A stretch of DNA of 62,192 bases from Gemmatimonadota bacterium (GTDB lineage: Bacteria > Gemmatimonadota > Gemmatimonadetes > Gemmatimonadales > Gemmatimonadaceae). Numbering within the stretch: the first letter of the stretch is position 1; the number at the start of each line of letters is the position of its first letter. Below, piece by piece: positions 29,976-40,058 of the stretch. The stretch is from NCBI GenBank assembly GCA_040389905.1, contig JAZJZK010000059.1:1-62192 (forward strand), in the 5' to 3' direction. The notes beneath the pieces were generated by a model, which was given only the letters and a program-made list of their open reading frames with translations, had not been told where the DNA came from and searched no databases. The position numbers and the translations under genes were made by a program.

Positions 29976-30024
29976 TGCAGTTCCGCTTGTTTTGTCGTCC
30001 TGAGCGCAGCGAAGGACGTGCACC
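29976..30024 (+). repeat. REP-like TGTC..CTGAGCG.AGCGAAGG repeat
   Basis: tgcagttccgcttgttttgtcgtcctgagcgcagcgaaggacgtgcacc. Confidence 0.75.
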
Positions 30025-30551
30025 CTTCACGTGAGCCTTGTTGGGCTCGCGTGGACGTGATTCGTTAGAAAGCAACACACTACCGCATCAGAGCGTTTGT
30101 TCCTGCCGGAGCAAATCCTCACACTGGGACTGTTTCGTCAGGCAGTCCAGGAAACGCGAGACGCCATTCGCAGCGGTGACATTGTCCCTTCCTCAGGTTT
30201 TGGTAACGCGTACCTTGCCTTCAACGATCTCGCTGCGGACGTCGCGTGCTTAGTCGGTGCGGACATTGCGAATCGAGCTATTGGCCCCCTCGAAGCTAAA
30301 CGGAATCTGGCAAGTATTGCGGACATTCATAGCGCGGATTGGCAGCAACGAATTGTCACGTATACTTCCGCGTGCGACAGCAGACCTAAGATAGAACCCG
30401 CCGGCGGTCCATAGCATCCCTCCGCTCTATCGGCATGCTCGCTCGTCAGGCGCTGCTCGCCTGGAGAACGTGCTTCGCGAGAGTTGGATGACGCGACACT
30501 TGGGCGACAGGCACGTTAGCGATCACGGCTCGCCAACAACCGAGGCTATCA

Positions 30552-31469
30552 ATGACATCGCATGCAATGGATCGCCGAGAATTCGCGCTTCTGGCGTTGG
30601 GAGCGTCGGGCGCCACGGCGTTTGCAACGCCACGGCCTCAACCCTCCCAAGCTCCGCAGGGGAGCTGGACACCGCTTTGGAACGGGAAGGACCTCGACGG
30701 GTGGACGACCTGGATGCAGCGTCCAGAGCCGACCTCCGATGTGCCGGGATTGGCGCGCGACGCAAACGGCCGGTACACGGAGCCGATCGGCTCCAACCGC
30801 GACCCGCTGAAGGTATTCACTGTGGTGCCCGACGTAGACGGAAAGCCCGCCATCCGCATTTCCGGCGAGGCGTTCGGCGAGCTACGCTCCACGCGCGGCC
30901 TCGAGGACTACCACCTGAGGTTCCAGTTCAAATGGGGTCAGAAGAAGTGGCCACCTCGGGATGCGGCCACCAGAAAGCGAGATAGTGGCGTCCTCTATCA
31001 CGTGCACGCCGGCCCGGGTGAGGACGGGCGCCTTTGGGCACGCTCGATCGAGCTGCAGATCCAGGAGGGCGACACCGGCGACTTGTATGCGGTAGGATCG
31101 GCGATCGCCGTCAGGGCCAAGACCGTTCCGGGCACAATGCCGGCGGAGTACGTCTACGACCCGAGCGGCCCGTGGACCTACTTCTCTCAGATCGCAGGTC
31201 AGAGCGGTCGATGCATCAAGCAGTCGGACGCGGAGCGTCCGAGCGGAGAATGGAACACGGTGGAGATCGTCTGCCTGGGGCAACGATGCATCCATGTCGT
31301 GAATGGCAAAGTCGTGATGCGGTTGCACGGTGCCACACGGATCACGGGCGAGTTGCCTACACCGGTCACCTCTGGTGCGATCATTCTACAGTCGGAAGGC
31401 GCAGAGGTGTTCTATCGAGACGTTGCGATGCGCTCGATCACCGCAATACCGCCGGAGCACGCGGAGTAA
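30552..31469 (+). CDS. DUF1080 (3-keto-disaccharide hydrolase-like) protein, Tat-exported
   Basis: DRREFA signal; LWNGKDLDGW, DSGVLYH, ELQI, GEWNTVEI, LQSEGAEV.YR. Confidence 0.88.
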   Translation: MTSHAMDRREFALLALGASGATAFATPRPQPSQAPQGSWTPLWNGKDLDGWTTWMQRPEPTSDVPGLARDANGRYTEPIGSNRDPLKVFTVVPDVDGKPAIRISGEAFGELRSTRGLEDYHLRFQFKWGQKKWPPRDAATRKRDSGVLYHVHAGPGEDGRLWARSIELQIQEGDTGDLYAVGSAIAVRAKTVPGTMPAEYVYDPSGPWTYFSQIAGQSGRCIKQSDAERPSGEWNTVEIVCLGQRCIHVVNGKVVMRLHGATRITGELPTPVTSGAIILQSEGAEVFYRDVAMRSITAIPPEHAE

Positions 31470-31474
31470 CGAAG

Positions 31475-31512
31475 AACAGAACGCCCGCACGTTGGTGCGG
31501 GCGTTCTGTTTT
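31475..31512. terminator. Rho-independent terminator, probably bidirectional
   Basis: aacagaacgcccgcac-gttg-gtgcgggcgttctgtt-tt between convergent genes. Confidence 0.85.
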
Positions 31513-31531
31513 CAGGAACCTGCCACTCTTG

Positions 31532-32797
31532 TTACTTGAAGTTCGGATTGTTCCGCGTCTCGACGTCCGGCAGTGGCGTGCACGTGAGATCGCTGTACGT
31601 ATTCCCCTTGAGCGTGAGCCCTTTCACGAACGGCAGATTGTACCGCAGCATGTCGCCATACCGCTGCCCTTCGCTGAACAGCTGACGACGGCGCTCCTCG
31701 AGCACCAGATCCGTGTATGCCTGCCCGGTTGGCGGCGGACCAGCAAGCGTCGGAACGGCGTTGGCCGTGCGAACACGGTTGATCGCGTCGAATCCCGCTT
31801 GCCCACCCACAGCCTCGGCGTAAATGAGCTGCGCCTCGGCCCACGACGCGATGGGATGATTCGAGTTGCCGGCGAGGAATTTCTGCTGTTGGAATAGCGG
31901 CGTGACACCGTCGTTGGCTTTCTTGGCCGCGTCCTTCACCTTCACGCGTGGATCCGCCACATTGCCCGCGACGCCGTTTACGGTGAGGTTGCGGTACGGA
32001 ATCGACACCGAGAGATATTCGTTCCGGATCGTCAGGTTAAAGATGCGATTCTCGCGCTGTGCCGCTCCACCCTCGGTGAATTCGGCGTTCCGCACGAAGG
32101 TGGTCGGAACGAGGTTCGCGTCGGACGCCGCACCCGCAAGGTTCTTGAGATTGAGACGTGCGCGCGCTCGGCCGACGCGAGCCATGTTGAGAATGCTCTG
32201 GTCATTCACCGCCGTCGCCCGGTCGATGGCGTCGGTGAAGCGCCCCTCGGCGGCTGTAAATACTTCTGCGCGAGTCATCTTTGGACCGTTGTCCATCGTC
32301 ATCTCGCACATCCCTTCGCCGAGCAGCAAGTCGGCATAGCCGCCGTACGCGCGCATGGTGGCCATCAACAGCAATCGGCTCGGCACCTGGGCATCGGTGA
32401 ACTTCTCCAGACGGTTGAACGCGTCGTCGAGCTGGAATCGCGCCTGCTGAAGCGGCGTGTAGTAACCCATGGCCGTTGTGCCTCGGCCGTAGTTGCAGTT
32501 GCCGGGTGCGGACTTGATCTCCGTCACGCCGCGCCATTCCCACGGGTGATTGTCGACGAAGCCGTTGGCGTTCAGGTATTCGCCGCTCAGCATGGCGGCG
32601 GTGGCGGCATACTGGATGACACCGCATTGCAGCGTCTGCATCGCGGCAGCCGCGAGTGCCGGCGCGAGCGTCGGATCCGACAGTGATTCTGCCGGTACGC
32701 TGCCCGGATTCTCGACGTCGAGGATTTTGTCGCACGCGGCGAGGCCGATGAGCGCGAACGCAACCAGCATCGACCGATGAGTGAGTCTATGTGACAT
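31532..32797 (-). CDS. RagB/SusD-family nutrient-binding lipoprotein
   Basis: Lipobox LAAC; INRVR, EERRRQLFSEGQRYGD, ETRNNPN; directly after susC. Confidence 0.9.
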   Translation of the reverse strand: MSHRLTHRSMLVAFALIGLAACDKILDVENPGSVPAESLSDPTLAPALAAAAMQTLQCGVIQYAATAAMLSGEYLNANGFVDNHPWEWRGVTEIKSAPGNCNYGRGTTAMGYYTPLQQARFQLDDAFNRLEKFTDAQVPSRLLLMATMRAYGGYADLLLGEGMCEMTMDNGPKMTRAEVFTAAEGRFTDAIDRATAVNDQSILNMARVGRARARLNLKNLAGAASDANLVPTTFVRNAEFTEGGAAQRENRIFNLTIRNEYLSVSIPYRNLTVNGVAGNVADPRVKVKDAAKKANDGVTPLFQQQKFLAGNSNHPIASWAEAQLIYAEAVGGQAGFDAINRVRTANAVPTLAGPPPTGQAYTDLVLEERRRQLFSEGQRYGDMLRYNLPFVKGLTLKGNTYSDLTCTPLPDVETRNNPNFK

Positions 32798-32823
32798 GAT
32801 TCTCTTGTCTCCTCGGTGAGTGG

Positions 32824-35800
32824 TTAGTAGGTGAGACGGAACGTCATCACAAAGCTCTGCGTCGGCGGCATGATCGTCTGGAAGCCGTTCGCGAGCGAGC
32901 CGAGGGCGCGGATTTCTGGATCCCACACGTGCTGTCCGGCGACGTCGACGTAGATCTCACCGTCGCGCGACGTATTCCAGCCCTGCTCCGCGGTCCACAA
33001 CATCGAGAGGTTTCGGCCGGCGAGCGTGACCGAACCACCCGCCGCGCCCAACTTTGCCACGTGAGACGGCTTGAGCGTGTATGACGCCGAGAGCTCTCGC
33101 AGCTTCAGGAATCCCGCCTGATACGTGCTCGCCGCGTCGGTATCGATTGTCCGATAGACCTGCAGGAACGGATCGTTCTGCTCGATCACGGCCTTCGTCG
33201 AACCCTGGTTGTGCAGCGCGCGAATCTCGGTATCCGACTGCCAATGGCCCCCGTTCCCATCGACGCGCGCATAAAAACGCAGGTTGTCCCAGAGAGTGAC
33301 CTGCGTGTTGTAGCCCTGTTGCCACGTCGGTTGTGTGTGGCCCCAGTACACGCGCGGCGCGGCTGTGCCGGTATACGTGCCGATGGGGCACGGAGCGTCT
33401 GGCCCGCCCTGTTCGAGTCCCGACTTGCCTGTTCCGCCGTCGCAGATCGCGGACTGCACGACCCCCGTCGGGCTGAGCACAGCGGAGCGAACCTTGTAGA
33501 AGAAGAAGTCAGCGATGCCGTAGCCGACGCGCGCCTGTGCCAGCCCACCGCCGCCGACCGTCAGGAAGTCGTTACCAGATCCCAGATCGTCGACGCGATT
33601 GCCGTTGTTGGCGAGCTGCGTTCCGACGTCCCACGCAACGCGACGGCCCTGGAGCACCCGGAAGTTGACCGACAGCTCGTTGCCCCACGTCGACAAGTGG
33701 CCGATGTTGACGACCTGACTCCCGGGAAAGCCGACGGACGGGGGCACCGGCACGTTCACGATCGCGTCGGTGACCGAGCGGCGGAAGTTCGTGTAGCTCA
33801 CGTCCATGCGCCGATTCAGGAGCGACGTCTCGAAGCCGAGCTCGAGCTCCGTGCTCCGCTCCGGCTTGAGTTGCGGGTTTCCAAACGACGACGGCACGAG
33901 CCCACCGGCGTTCTGATATCCCACACTCGACGTGTACAGGCGCGCCGCGTCGAACGTGCCGGGCTGCGCTCCCGCTGCGCCGAATGCACCGCGAAGCCGC
34001 AGGTCGCCAAGTGCGCGTGCCACGGCGCCGGCCTTCTTGGTCCACATCGGATCTTCGCTCAGGACCCACGATGCGCTGACTTTCGGATAGTACGCGGCAG
34101 AGTACTCCTTGCCGAATGCACTATTGTCATCGGCGCGGAGCGCGGCGGTGAGAAAAAGACGGTTCTGCCACGCGAGCTCCTGCTGTACGAACAGACCGAC
34201 CGTCGCATTGGCGACGTAGCCTTCCGTCGCGTTCTTCGTCGTCGTGCCGGACACGGTCGTGATGGGCGACGCCGGGAAGGTGGTACCGCTCGCCGAGATG
34301 TTGCTGAGCTCCGACCGGTAGGCCTGGAAGCCCATGGCGGTCGTCAGGTCGAACGACCGCAGGCCGTACTTGACGTTTCCCGAATAGTCGAGTGTGAGGA
34401 AGTTGCGCGACGCGCGCTCGACGCTCTTGGCGCCCAGCCCGTTGGACCCGTAGAACGTGGCGTTCGCCGCCGTCTCCCTTGGGTACAGTGTCGAGTTATT
34501 CTCCGAGTTCACGTCGAGGCCCACGGCCAGGCGATTCGTGAACCACGTGGCCGGTTCGAATCGCGCCGTCATGCTCGACGTCATGCGATCGACGTCCGCG
34601 CGATCTTCCACGTCGTCCCAGAGGTCCGCCGGTGCGAAGCCGAATCCACCGGTGGTCGGGATCAGGCTACGCCGGCCCCAGACGAGATTACTGAATGGAT
34701 CAGGGTTGATCGAGCCGTTCTGGGCCAGCCGAATGCGGTCGCGAATGAAGCCGAGGTTTCCCTCGATGCGAAGCTTCTTGTTGGCTTCGATGTCGATATT
34801 GGCGCGCCCGGCGAACTTCTTGTCGGTATTCCACGCGACGACACCCTGGTCGTCGTCGTACCCCGCGGAGAGATAGTAGCGCGTGATGTCGTTGCCGCCG
34901 TGCAGATTGGCCGAGTATCCCTGGTTCTTGCCGTTGTGGAAGATGGGCCCGGCGCCGCTGTCGATCGCGTAGCGATAGAGGTTGAGCGTCTCGAGCTGCC
35001 CAGCCGCGTTCTTTGACCAGAGCGTGCCCGCGCGGCCCTCGGGGTTCGCGAGCCAGTTCGTTCCCTGGCGCGTGGTAAAGTCCCAGTGCGGCGTGCTGTT
35101 CGATCCGCGCTTGGTGATGATCTGCACCACGCCGTTGGAGGCCTCCGTGCCATAGAGCGTCGCCGCGGCGGGGCCCTTGATGATCTCGATGGACTCGATG
35201 TCCTCGGGATTGATGTCGTTGAGACGACTCGCGCCGGCGCCGCCCCGCTGCGCGGGTCCTCGCGAGGTGTTCGCGTCCATGCGTACACCGTCGATGTACA
35301 CGATGGGATCGGTGCTGAGCGAGAGGCTTCCGACCGAGCGGACGCGGATCTGTGCACCGGTGCCGACCTGCCCCGTCGCCGGGAGGATCACGACGCCCGG
35401 CGTCCGCGCCCCGATCAGCTGCTCGACGCTGCGTGGTGCGGAGGTCTTCATCACCTCACTCGCATTGATGGTTTCGATGACGTTGCCCACCGCGCGTCGT
35501 TCGACGGCGCCACCGGTGCCGGTGACGACGACTTGATCGAGCTGGATAGAGCGCTGCGCGAGCATGAAGTCGGCGGTGAGCGTCTGCCCCGACGCCAGGG
35601 AGACGGTGCGATCCTTTGCCGCGTAGCCGAGCATTCGGGCATGTAGCTGTACAGTGCCAGCGTTCACGGCGCCGAGGGTATATCGGCCCGTGGCGTCTGA
35701 TCGCGCGCTGGCCAACGTGCGGTTGCCATCGCCCACCACCGTAATCGTGACGCCCTCGATTGGGCGTCCCCCGGCGGTGTCGGTGACCACTCCAGTGATT

Positions 35801-35886
35801 CTGCCCGTCTGCGCGTGCGCTGCGGCGCCGACGAAGAACGCTGCTACCATCAGCGGCATCCATCGAGCTACGATGCGATACACCAT
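32824..35886 (-). CDS. SusC/RagA-family TonB-dependent receptor
   Basis: Carboxypeptidase-regulatory-like N-domain; DINPEDIESIEIIKGPAAATLYG..ASNGVVQIITK; GNPQLKPERS; ends in Y. Confidence 0.93.
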   Translation of the reverse strand: MVYRIVARWMPLMVAAFFVGAAAHAQTGRITGVVTDTAGGRPIEGVTITVVGDGNRTLASARSDATGRYTLGAVNAGTVQLHARMLGYAAKDRTVSLASGQTLTADFMLAQRSIQLDQVVVTGTGGAVERRAVGNVIETINASEVMKTSAPRSVEQLIGARTPGVVILPATGQVGTGAQIRVRSVGSLSLSTDPIVYIDGVRMDANTSRGPAQRGGAGASRLNDINPEDIESIEIIKGPAAATLYGTEASNGVVQIITKRGSNSTPHWDFTTRQGTNWLANPEGRAGTLWSKNAAGQLETLNLYRYAIDSGAGPIFHNGKNQGYSANLHGGNDITRYYLSAGYDDDQGVVAWNTDKKFAGRANIDIEANKKLRIEGNLGFIRDRIRLAQNGSINPDPFSNLVWGRRSLIPTTGGFGFAPADLWDDVEDRADVDRMTSSMTARFEPATWFTNRLAVGLDVNSENNSTLYPRETAANATFYGSNGLGAKSVERASRNFLTLDYSGNVKYGLRSFDLTTAMGFQAYRSELSNISASGTTFPASPITTVSGTTTKNATEGYVANATVGLFVQQELAWQNRLFLTAALRADDNSAFGKEYSAAYYPKVSASWVLSEDPMWTKKAGAVARALGDLRLRGAFGAAGAQPGTFDAARLYTSSVGYQNAGGLVPSSFGNPQLKPERSTELELGFETSLLNRRMDVSYTNFRRSVTDAIVNVPVPPSVGFPGSQVVNIGHLSTWGNELSVNFRVLQGRRVAWDVGTQLANNGNRVDDLGSGNDFLTVGGGGLAQARVGYGIADFFFYKVRSAVLSPTGVVQSAICDGGTGKSGLEQGGPDAPCPIGTYTGTAAPRVYWGHTQPTWQQGYNTQVTLWDNLRFYARVDGNGGHWQSDTEIRALHNQGSTKAVIEQNDPFLQVYRTIDTDAASTYQAGFLKLRELSASYTLKPSHVAKLGAAGGSVTLAGRNLSMLWTAEQGWNTSRDGEIYVDVAGQHVWDPEIRALGSLANGFQTIMPPTQSFVMTFRLTY

Positions 35887-36074
35887 CGATTCCCCCGTTT
35901 GACGTGAGAAATGTCGGCGCATCGTCGCGCTGCTAAGGAAAGTCCGAGACTGCGAAGATGCCGATCGAGGCTCCTTACGCAAGTCGCCGGCGAATCGGAC
36001 GTCGGTGACATTCCCTGCATGAGTAGTGACCCGGTGTGTCCGAACGACCGTCACACGAGGTAGATTCACCGCCC

Positions 36075-37598
36075 ATGAGTTCTCAGAAACGCGTTGCCAT
36101 CATCGGCGCGGGCATCTCCGGCCTCGCACATGCCGACGTCTTCACCCGTTGCGGCTTCACCGTCGTGATCTTCGAGCGAGCACCACGCATCGGCGGCGTG
36201 TGGGCTTGTTCGTATCCGGAGGTCAGTCTGCAGAACACCTGGTGGGGCTATCACCTCAGCAGCTTCCCCTGGCCCGCCGTGCCAAACGAGCACCCGACGG
36301 GAACGCAGATTCTGCAGTATCTCGATGCGCTCGTCACGGCGCGCGGGTTCGACGTTCGGCTCGAGCATGAGGTCACCTCCGCGCGCGAGGCAGCAGATTG
36401 CCGCTGGACGTTGCGCGTGCAGAGTGTCGCCGGCGAACACGTCGAACACTTCGATCACCTCGTCGTGTCCGTCGGCCAATACACAGAGGGCAAGCACCGC
36501 CCGCACCTCACGGGCGAATCGGAATTCGCCGGCGTCGTGTTGACCGAACGTGACATCAGCGACCTTACGCGCTTCGATGGCAAGCGCGTGGTGGTCGTCG
36601 GCTTCGGCAAGAGCGCGCTCGACATGGCCACGTTCGCGGCACCACGCGCGGCGTCGGTGCATCACGTCTTCCGCACGCCGCGCTGGACGTTGCCGCGCAT
36701 GATCTACGGCGTGCATTACACCAAGCTGCTCTTCAACCGGTTCGGCTCCGTCATGATGACGAGCTGGGCGCACCCGACGCGTGGCGAACGTTTTCTGCAT
36801 CGACGCACATCGTTCATTCGCAGCTTCTGGAGTGGACTCGAGAAACTCTTTACGCACATCGCCCGGCACGAAGGCCGCGGACACGGAGCGGCCGGTGAGG
36901 CGCGGATCGCGGCAGTGATACCCTCACATTCGCTCCTCCCCGACCTCCGTTCCGCTGCCGCGCTCGCGTCGACAGGATACTATGGACATGTGGGCGCAGG
37001 CCGGATCGAGCCACGCCGCGCGGAGGTCGTGAGCCTGTCCCGTGATGGCGTGCGGGTGTCGAATGGTGAGGAGCTTCCCGCAGATATCGTTGTGCTCTCG
37101 GTTGGCTCAGGCACGCCACGCTTTCCCTTTCTCGACGAATCGTCGCGCGCGCTCCTCGAATCGGAGCACGACGGCGTCCAGCTCTATCGACACGTGGTAC
37201 ACCCTCGGCTTCCGGGCCTCGGGTTCGCCGGATTCAATCACGGGTTCATGCACGTGCCCGCAGCGGAAGTCGGAGCGTTGTGGCTTGCGGCCTTGTGGCG
37301 CGGGGAACTGACGTTGCCGCCTGTGGAGCAGATGGAGCGCAATATCGAGCACATTCGCGCGTGGAAGCGCGAGCACATTCACTTCGAACCGTCACGCGCT
37401 TGCGCCGTGAACACGCGCTTTCAACAGTACCTCGATATCATGCTCGCGGACCTCGGCCAATCCCCTTACCGGAAACTGCCGAATGTGTTCGCGGAAATCT
37501 TCGCTCCCTACTGTCCCGCTGACTATGCCGGCGTTGTCGATGCGCATCTTGCCAAGACGCGACGCAAGGTGCTCACGCCCGTCGCACTTCCGACCTGA
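36075..37598 (+). CDS. Flavin-containing monooxygenase
   Basis: GAGISG, GGVW, second Rossmann motif VVGFGKSALD. Confidence 0.85.
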   Translation: MSSQKRVAIIGAGISGLAHADVFTRCGFTVVIFERAPRIGGVWACSYPEVSLQNTWWGYHLSSFPWPAVPNEHPTGTQILQYLDALVTARGFDVRLEHEVTSAREAADCRWTLRVQSVAGEHVEHFDHLVVSVGQYTEGKHRPHLTGESEFAGVVLTERDISDLTRFDGKRVVVVGFGKSALDMATFAAPRAASVHHVFRTPRWTLPRMIYGVHYTKLLFNRFGSVMMTSWAHPTRGERFLHRRTSFIRSFWSGLEKLFTHIARHEGRGHGAAGEARIAAVIPSHSLLPDLRSAAALASTGYYGHVGAGRIEPRRAEVVSLSRDGVRVSNGEELPADIVVLSVGSGTPRFPFLDESSRALLESEHDGVQLYRHVVHPRLPGLGFAGFNHGFMHVPAAEVGALWLAALWRGELTLPPVEQMERNIEHIRAWKREHIHFEPSRACAVNTRFQQYLDIMLADLGQSPYRKLPNVFAEIFAPYCPADYAGVVDAHLAKTRRKVLTPVALPT

Positions 37599-37967
37599 GA
37601 CTCCGCTCGAGTGCATCGAAACCGATCGTTAGAATGAAGTGCACGCATTGTGTTTCACCCGAAATACGGCTTCTTGCTGGAGTCGTGTCGAAAATGATTT
37701 CGCGGACCGCGGTTTCGTTTGCAAGACTTTCTGCTACTCTTCCGGAGAGACGATTCCGTTGGGTTGGCCGTGCCGACGTTCAGCGTCTCATGCACCCGCA
37801 ACTGCTCGCCATGTACGCGCGACGAGGATCTCCTGCTGGACCGCTCGCCCGCAGCAGTTGAGCGACCTGCGTCAACATCTTGATTGCGACCGGCGACGCA
37901 GGCGGAAGGCAACCATGTGGTCGTGCGGGTCGCGGTGGGCGCCAAATGACTTGAACGTGAGCGCGTC

Positions 37968-38846
37968 CTATGCGCCTCCCACCCACATGCCTAGCTCGCG
38001 GAGAGCACTCTCGACGTCCGTGCGATTGCCGTCGATGACCTGGGCATCACGCGACCAGGACTCGGCGATGTAATCCCGAAGCGCGATCGAGTCCGGCGAC
38101 GCATCGGGCGGCGTGGGATGGAGAACACCAACCAGTCGTAACTCACTGTTGGTCTGCGCGCGAATCAGCGGCCTGAGCTTTCCTGCATACGCATTGAACG
38201 CTTGACCGATTCGCCCTGCTGCCTCGCGGACGGATTGCACATCGTTTGCGCTCTCCACCGCAAGACTATCGATCAATGCATCCCGACCAAAGCTACCACG
38301 GAATGCACGGGCGAGGTGCGGCACGTGATAGAGAACGTGCCGCTGGATCTTGCCATCATAGAGATTGCGAAGTCGAATATCCTTTTCAATGAGTACGCCC
38401 CGGGGTTTCGCCAGGGTGAGCTGAACGTCGAGCTTTGCCACCGACCGAGTCACAAGCGCCTCCAGGTTCTCGCGCACTGGCTGTTTTGGCGCGGATAAGA
38501 AGCGCTCAGCGAGTCGCTCCAGCAACGCCTCGTCCGGAGCGCGGGCGAGCTCATGGCACTCGCCAAGCATGAGTTGCGGCGCGAGAACGCCGGAAACCGA
38601 TGCGAATTCCATAGGACGCGTGCGGATCATGTCAGCGACCGTTTCCAGCACAGCCGCATAGACGTTCACCTCATCGGCCGCTGCGATGCCCGCGAGGCGC
38701 GGCAGCTTCTTCTTGAAGCGCAGCGCGGTGACGTGTCCATTGCCGACGAGCACTCCGACATTCACCCGCTCGCCACTTTCTGGCATGGGTGCGGCCGACA
38801 CGAGACTATACCAGAACCGCTCCGTATCGCGAAAAAGGTCACGCAT
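37968..38846 (-). CDS. DUF3037-domain protein
   Basis: N-terminal YSLV...P...GERVNVGVLV typical of DUF3037. Confidence 0.7.
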   Translation of the reverse strand: MRDLFRDTERFWYSLVSAAPMPESGERVNVGVLVGNGHVTALRFKKKLPRLAGIAAADEVNVYAAVLETVADMIRTRPMEFASVSGVLAPQLMLGECHELARAPDEALLERLAERFLSAPKQPVRENLEALVTRSVAKLDVQLTLAKPRGVLIEKDIRLRNLYDGKIQRHVLYHVPHLARAFRGSFGRDALIDSLAVESANDVQSVREAAGRIGQAFNAYAGKLRPLIRAQTNSELRLVGVLHPTPPDASPDSIALRDYIAESWSRDAQVIDGNRTDVESALRELGMWVGGA

Positions 38847-39060
38847 TGCATACCTCCTTGACGAGCTTGCTGATATTCGCGCCTCGCGTCACCAGGAAAT
38901 CGACGGCACCGTCCCTCCACGGGACCTGGTACGGAATTGCATCTTGCACTACTTGGAACATAGGGGCGATGTCATCCTTTGTAATACCCTGAATCGCAGA
39001 GCACGCCGCGTCAGGAAACGGCAGATGCTCGTTCAGTTGATCCCGCGAGCCTGTTAAGCG
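38839..39060 (-). pseudogene. 3' remnant of an upstream gene, possibly a HipA-like kinase
   Basis: Helical C-terminus (DFLVTRGANISKLV) overlaps the DUF3037 start by 8 nt; no plausible N-terminus; 5' limit approximate. Confidence 0.4.
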
Positions 39061-39419
39061 CCCATAGGCGCACCACGAATCCGCTCGTACACGCCGCCGC
39101 AATCGACCGTACTTGGTCAGCACTTCTTCAGCGTCGTAGGCGCTGGCTACTCCGTCCCGGTCGCCGTGATGCGAGTGGATAGGGAGCAAGCGAAGTCGAG
39201 GAGTGGGACACGCGGTGTCATGAGACCATGGGCGAAATGGGTTCGGTAATGTTACTGCGTGCGTGGCTGAACAACGACCAACCCTGCGACGCACTCCTGA
39301 CGGCGACGCCTTTGACAAAAACTGGCTGGCTTGCTGCGCCCACCTGCCGCATTCTTCAGGGAGTGCCGCGGCTCGCTCCAACCCGTTAGGCGGCCAGACA
39401 GAAACCGGAGGACTCCCAG

Positions 39420-39782
39420 ATGCCCCACGGCAAGATCTGTTACCTCGAAATCCCCGCGAACCGCGCCGAAGATTCAGCGCGCTTCTACTCGGACATCTTC
39501 GGCTGGAAGGTGCGTGCACGCGGAGATGGCAACCTGGCATTCGATGATACTGGAGGTGTCAGCGGGACGTGGGTGAAGGAAAGCGACCGGACGCCCGATG
39601 AGCGCACCCGGACCTACATCATGGTCGACAGCATCGCCGAGTCGTTGAAGCAGATCGAGAATGCCGGTGGCAAGGTGGTCACGCCACGCAAAGACATTGG
39701 ACCGAACATGGGGGCATTTGCTGCCTTTACCGATCCGGTCGGAAACGAGTTCGGTCTCTACGAAGAACCGCGACAGCGCTAG
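39420..39782 (+). CDS. VOC/glyoxalase-family protein
   Basis: GGAGG RBS; ICYLEIPA, FYSDIFGW, FTDPVGNEFGL. Confidence 0.9.
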   Translation: MPHGKICYLEIPANRAEDSARFYSDIFGWKVRARGDGNLAFDDTGGVSGTWVKESDRTPDERTRTYIMVDSIAESLKQIENAGGKVVTPRKDIGPNMGAFAAFTDPVGNEFGLYEEPRQR

Positions 39783-39784
39783 CG

Positions 39785-40014
39785 TGATCGAGAGCTTTTT
39801 GCTTCGCGTGAGGTACGGATCGTGGAATCTCTGGCGCGATGAGAATCCAGACGCCGCCATTGTTCTCGACGACGCGAATCTCCATGGAATGATTCTCACG
39901 GGGATACATCTCTCGCGAGCGAATCTCGAGGAAGCGGACTTGATCGGGGCGAATCTCGAGGGCGCGATGCTCGAGCATCTCGCCGCCAACACACACATCC
40001 AGGAGCACGCATGA
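39785..40014 (+). pseudogene. Pentapeptide-repeat protein fragment
   Basis: WNLWRDENP followed by A(N/D)Lxx repeats (ANLHG, ANLEE, ADLIG, ANLEG), then early stop. Confidence 0.55.
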
Positions 40015-40058
40015 TTCCTGGGTAGCTGAACCCTCAGCCTTCGCCTACCCTTCACGAC

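Noticed and set aside
30097..30414. 105-aa ORF between the ROK and DUF1080 genes
   Set aside because: TTG start with no RBS and no motif; possibly a remnant but not supportable.
33211..35016. 601-aa plus-strand ORF and similar long antisense ORFs (e.g. 47600-48940, 12281-13489)
   Set aside because: Shadow frames of GC-rich genes with no recognisable motifs.
39340..39391. GTTAGGC upstream of the VOC gene as an attC R' box
   Set aside because: No matching R'' or left arm found, and no attC after the VOC gene.
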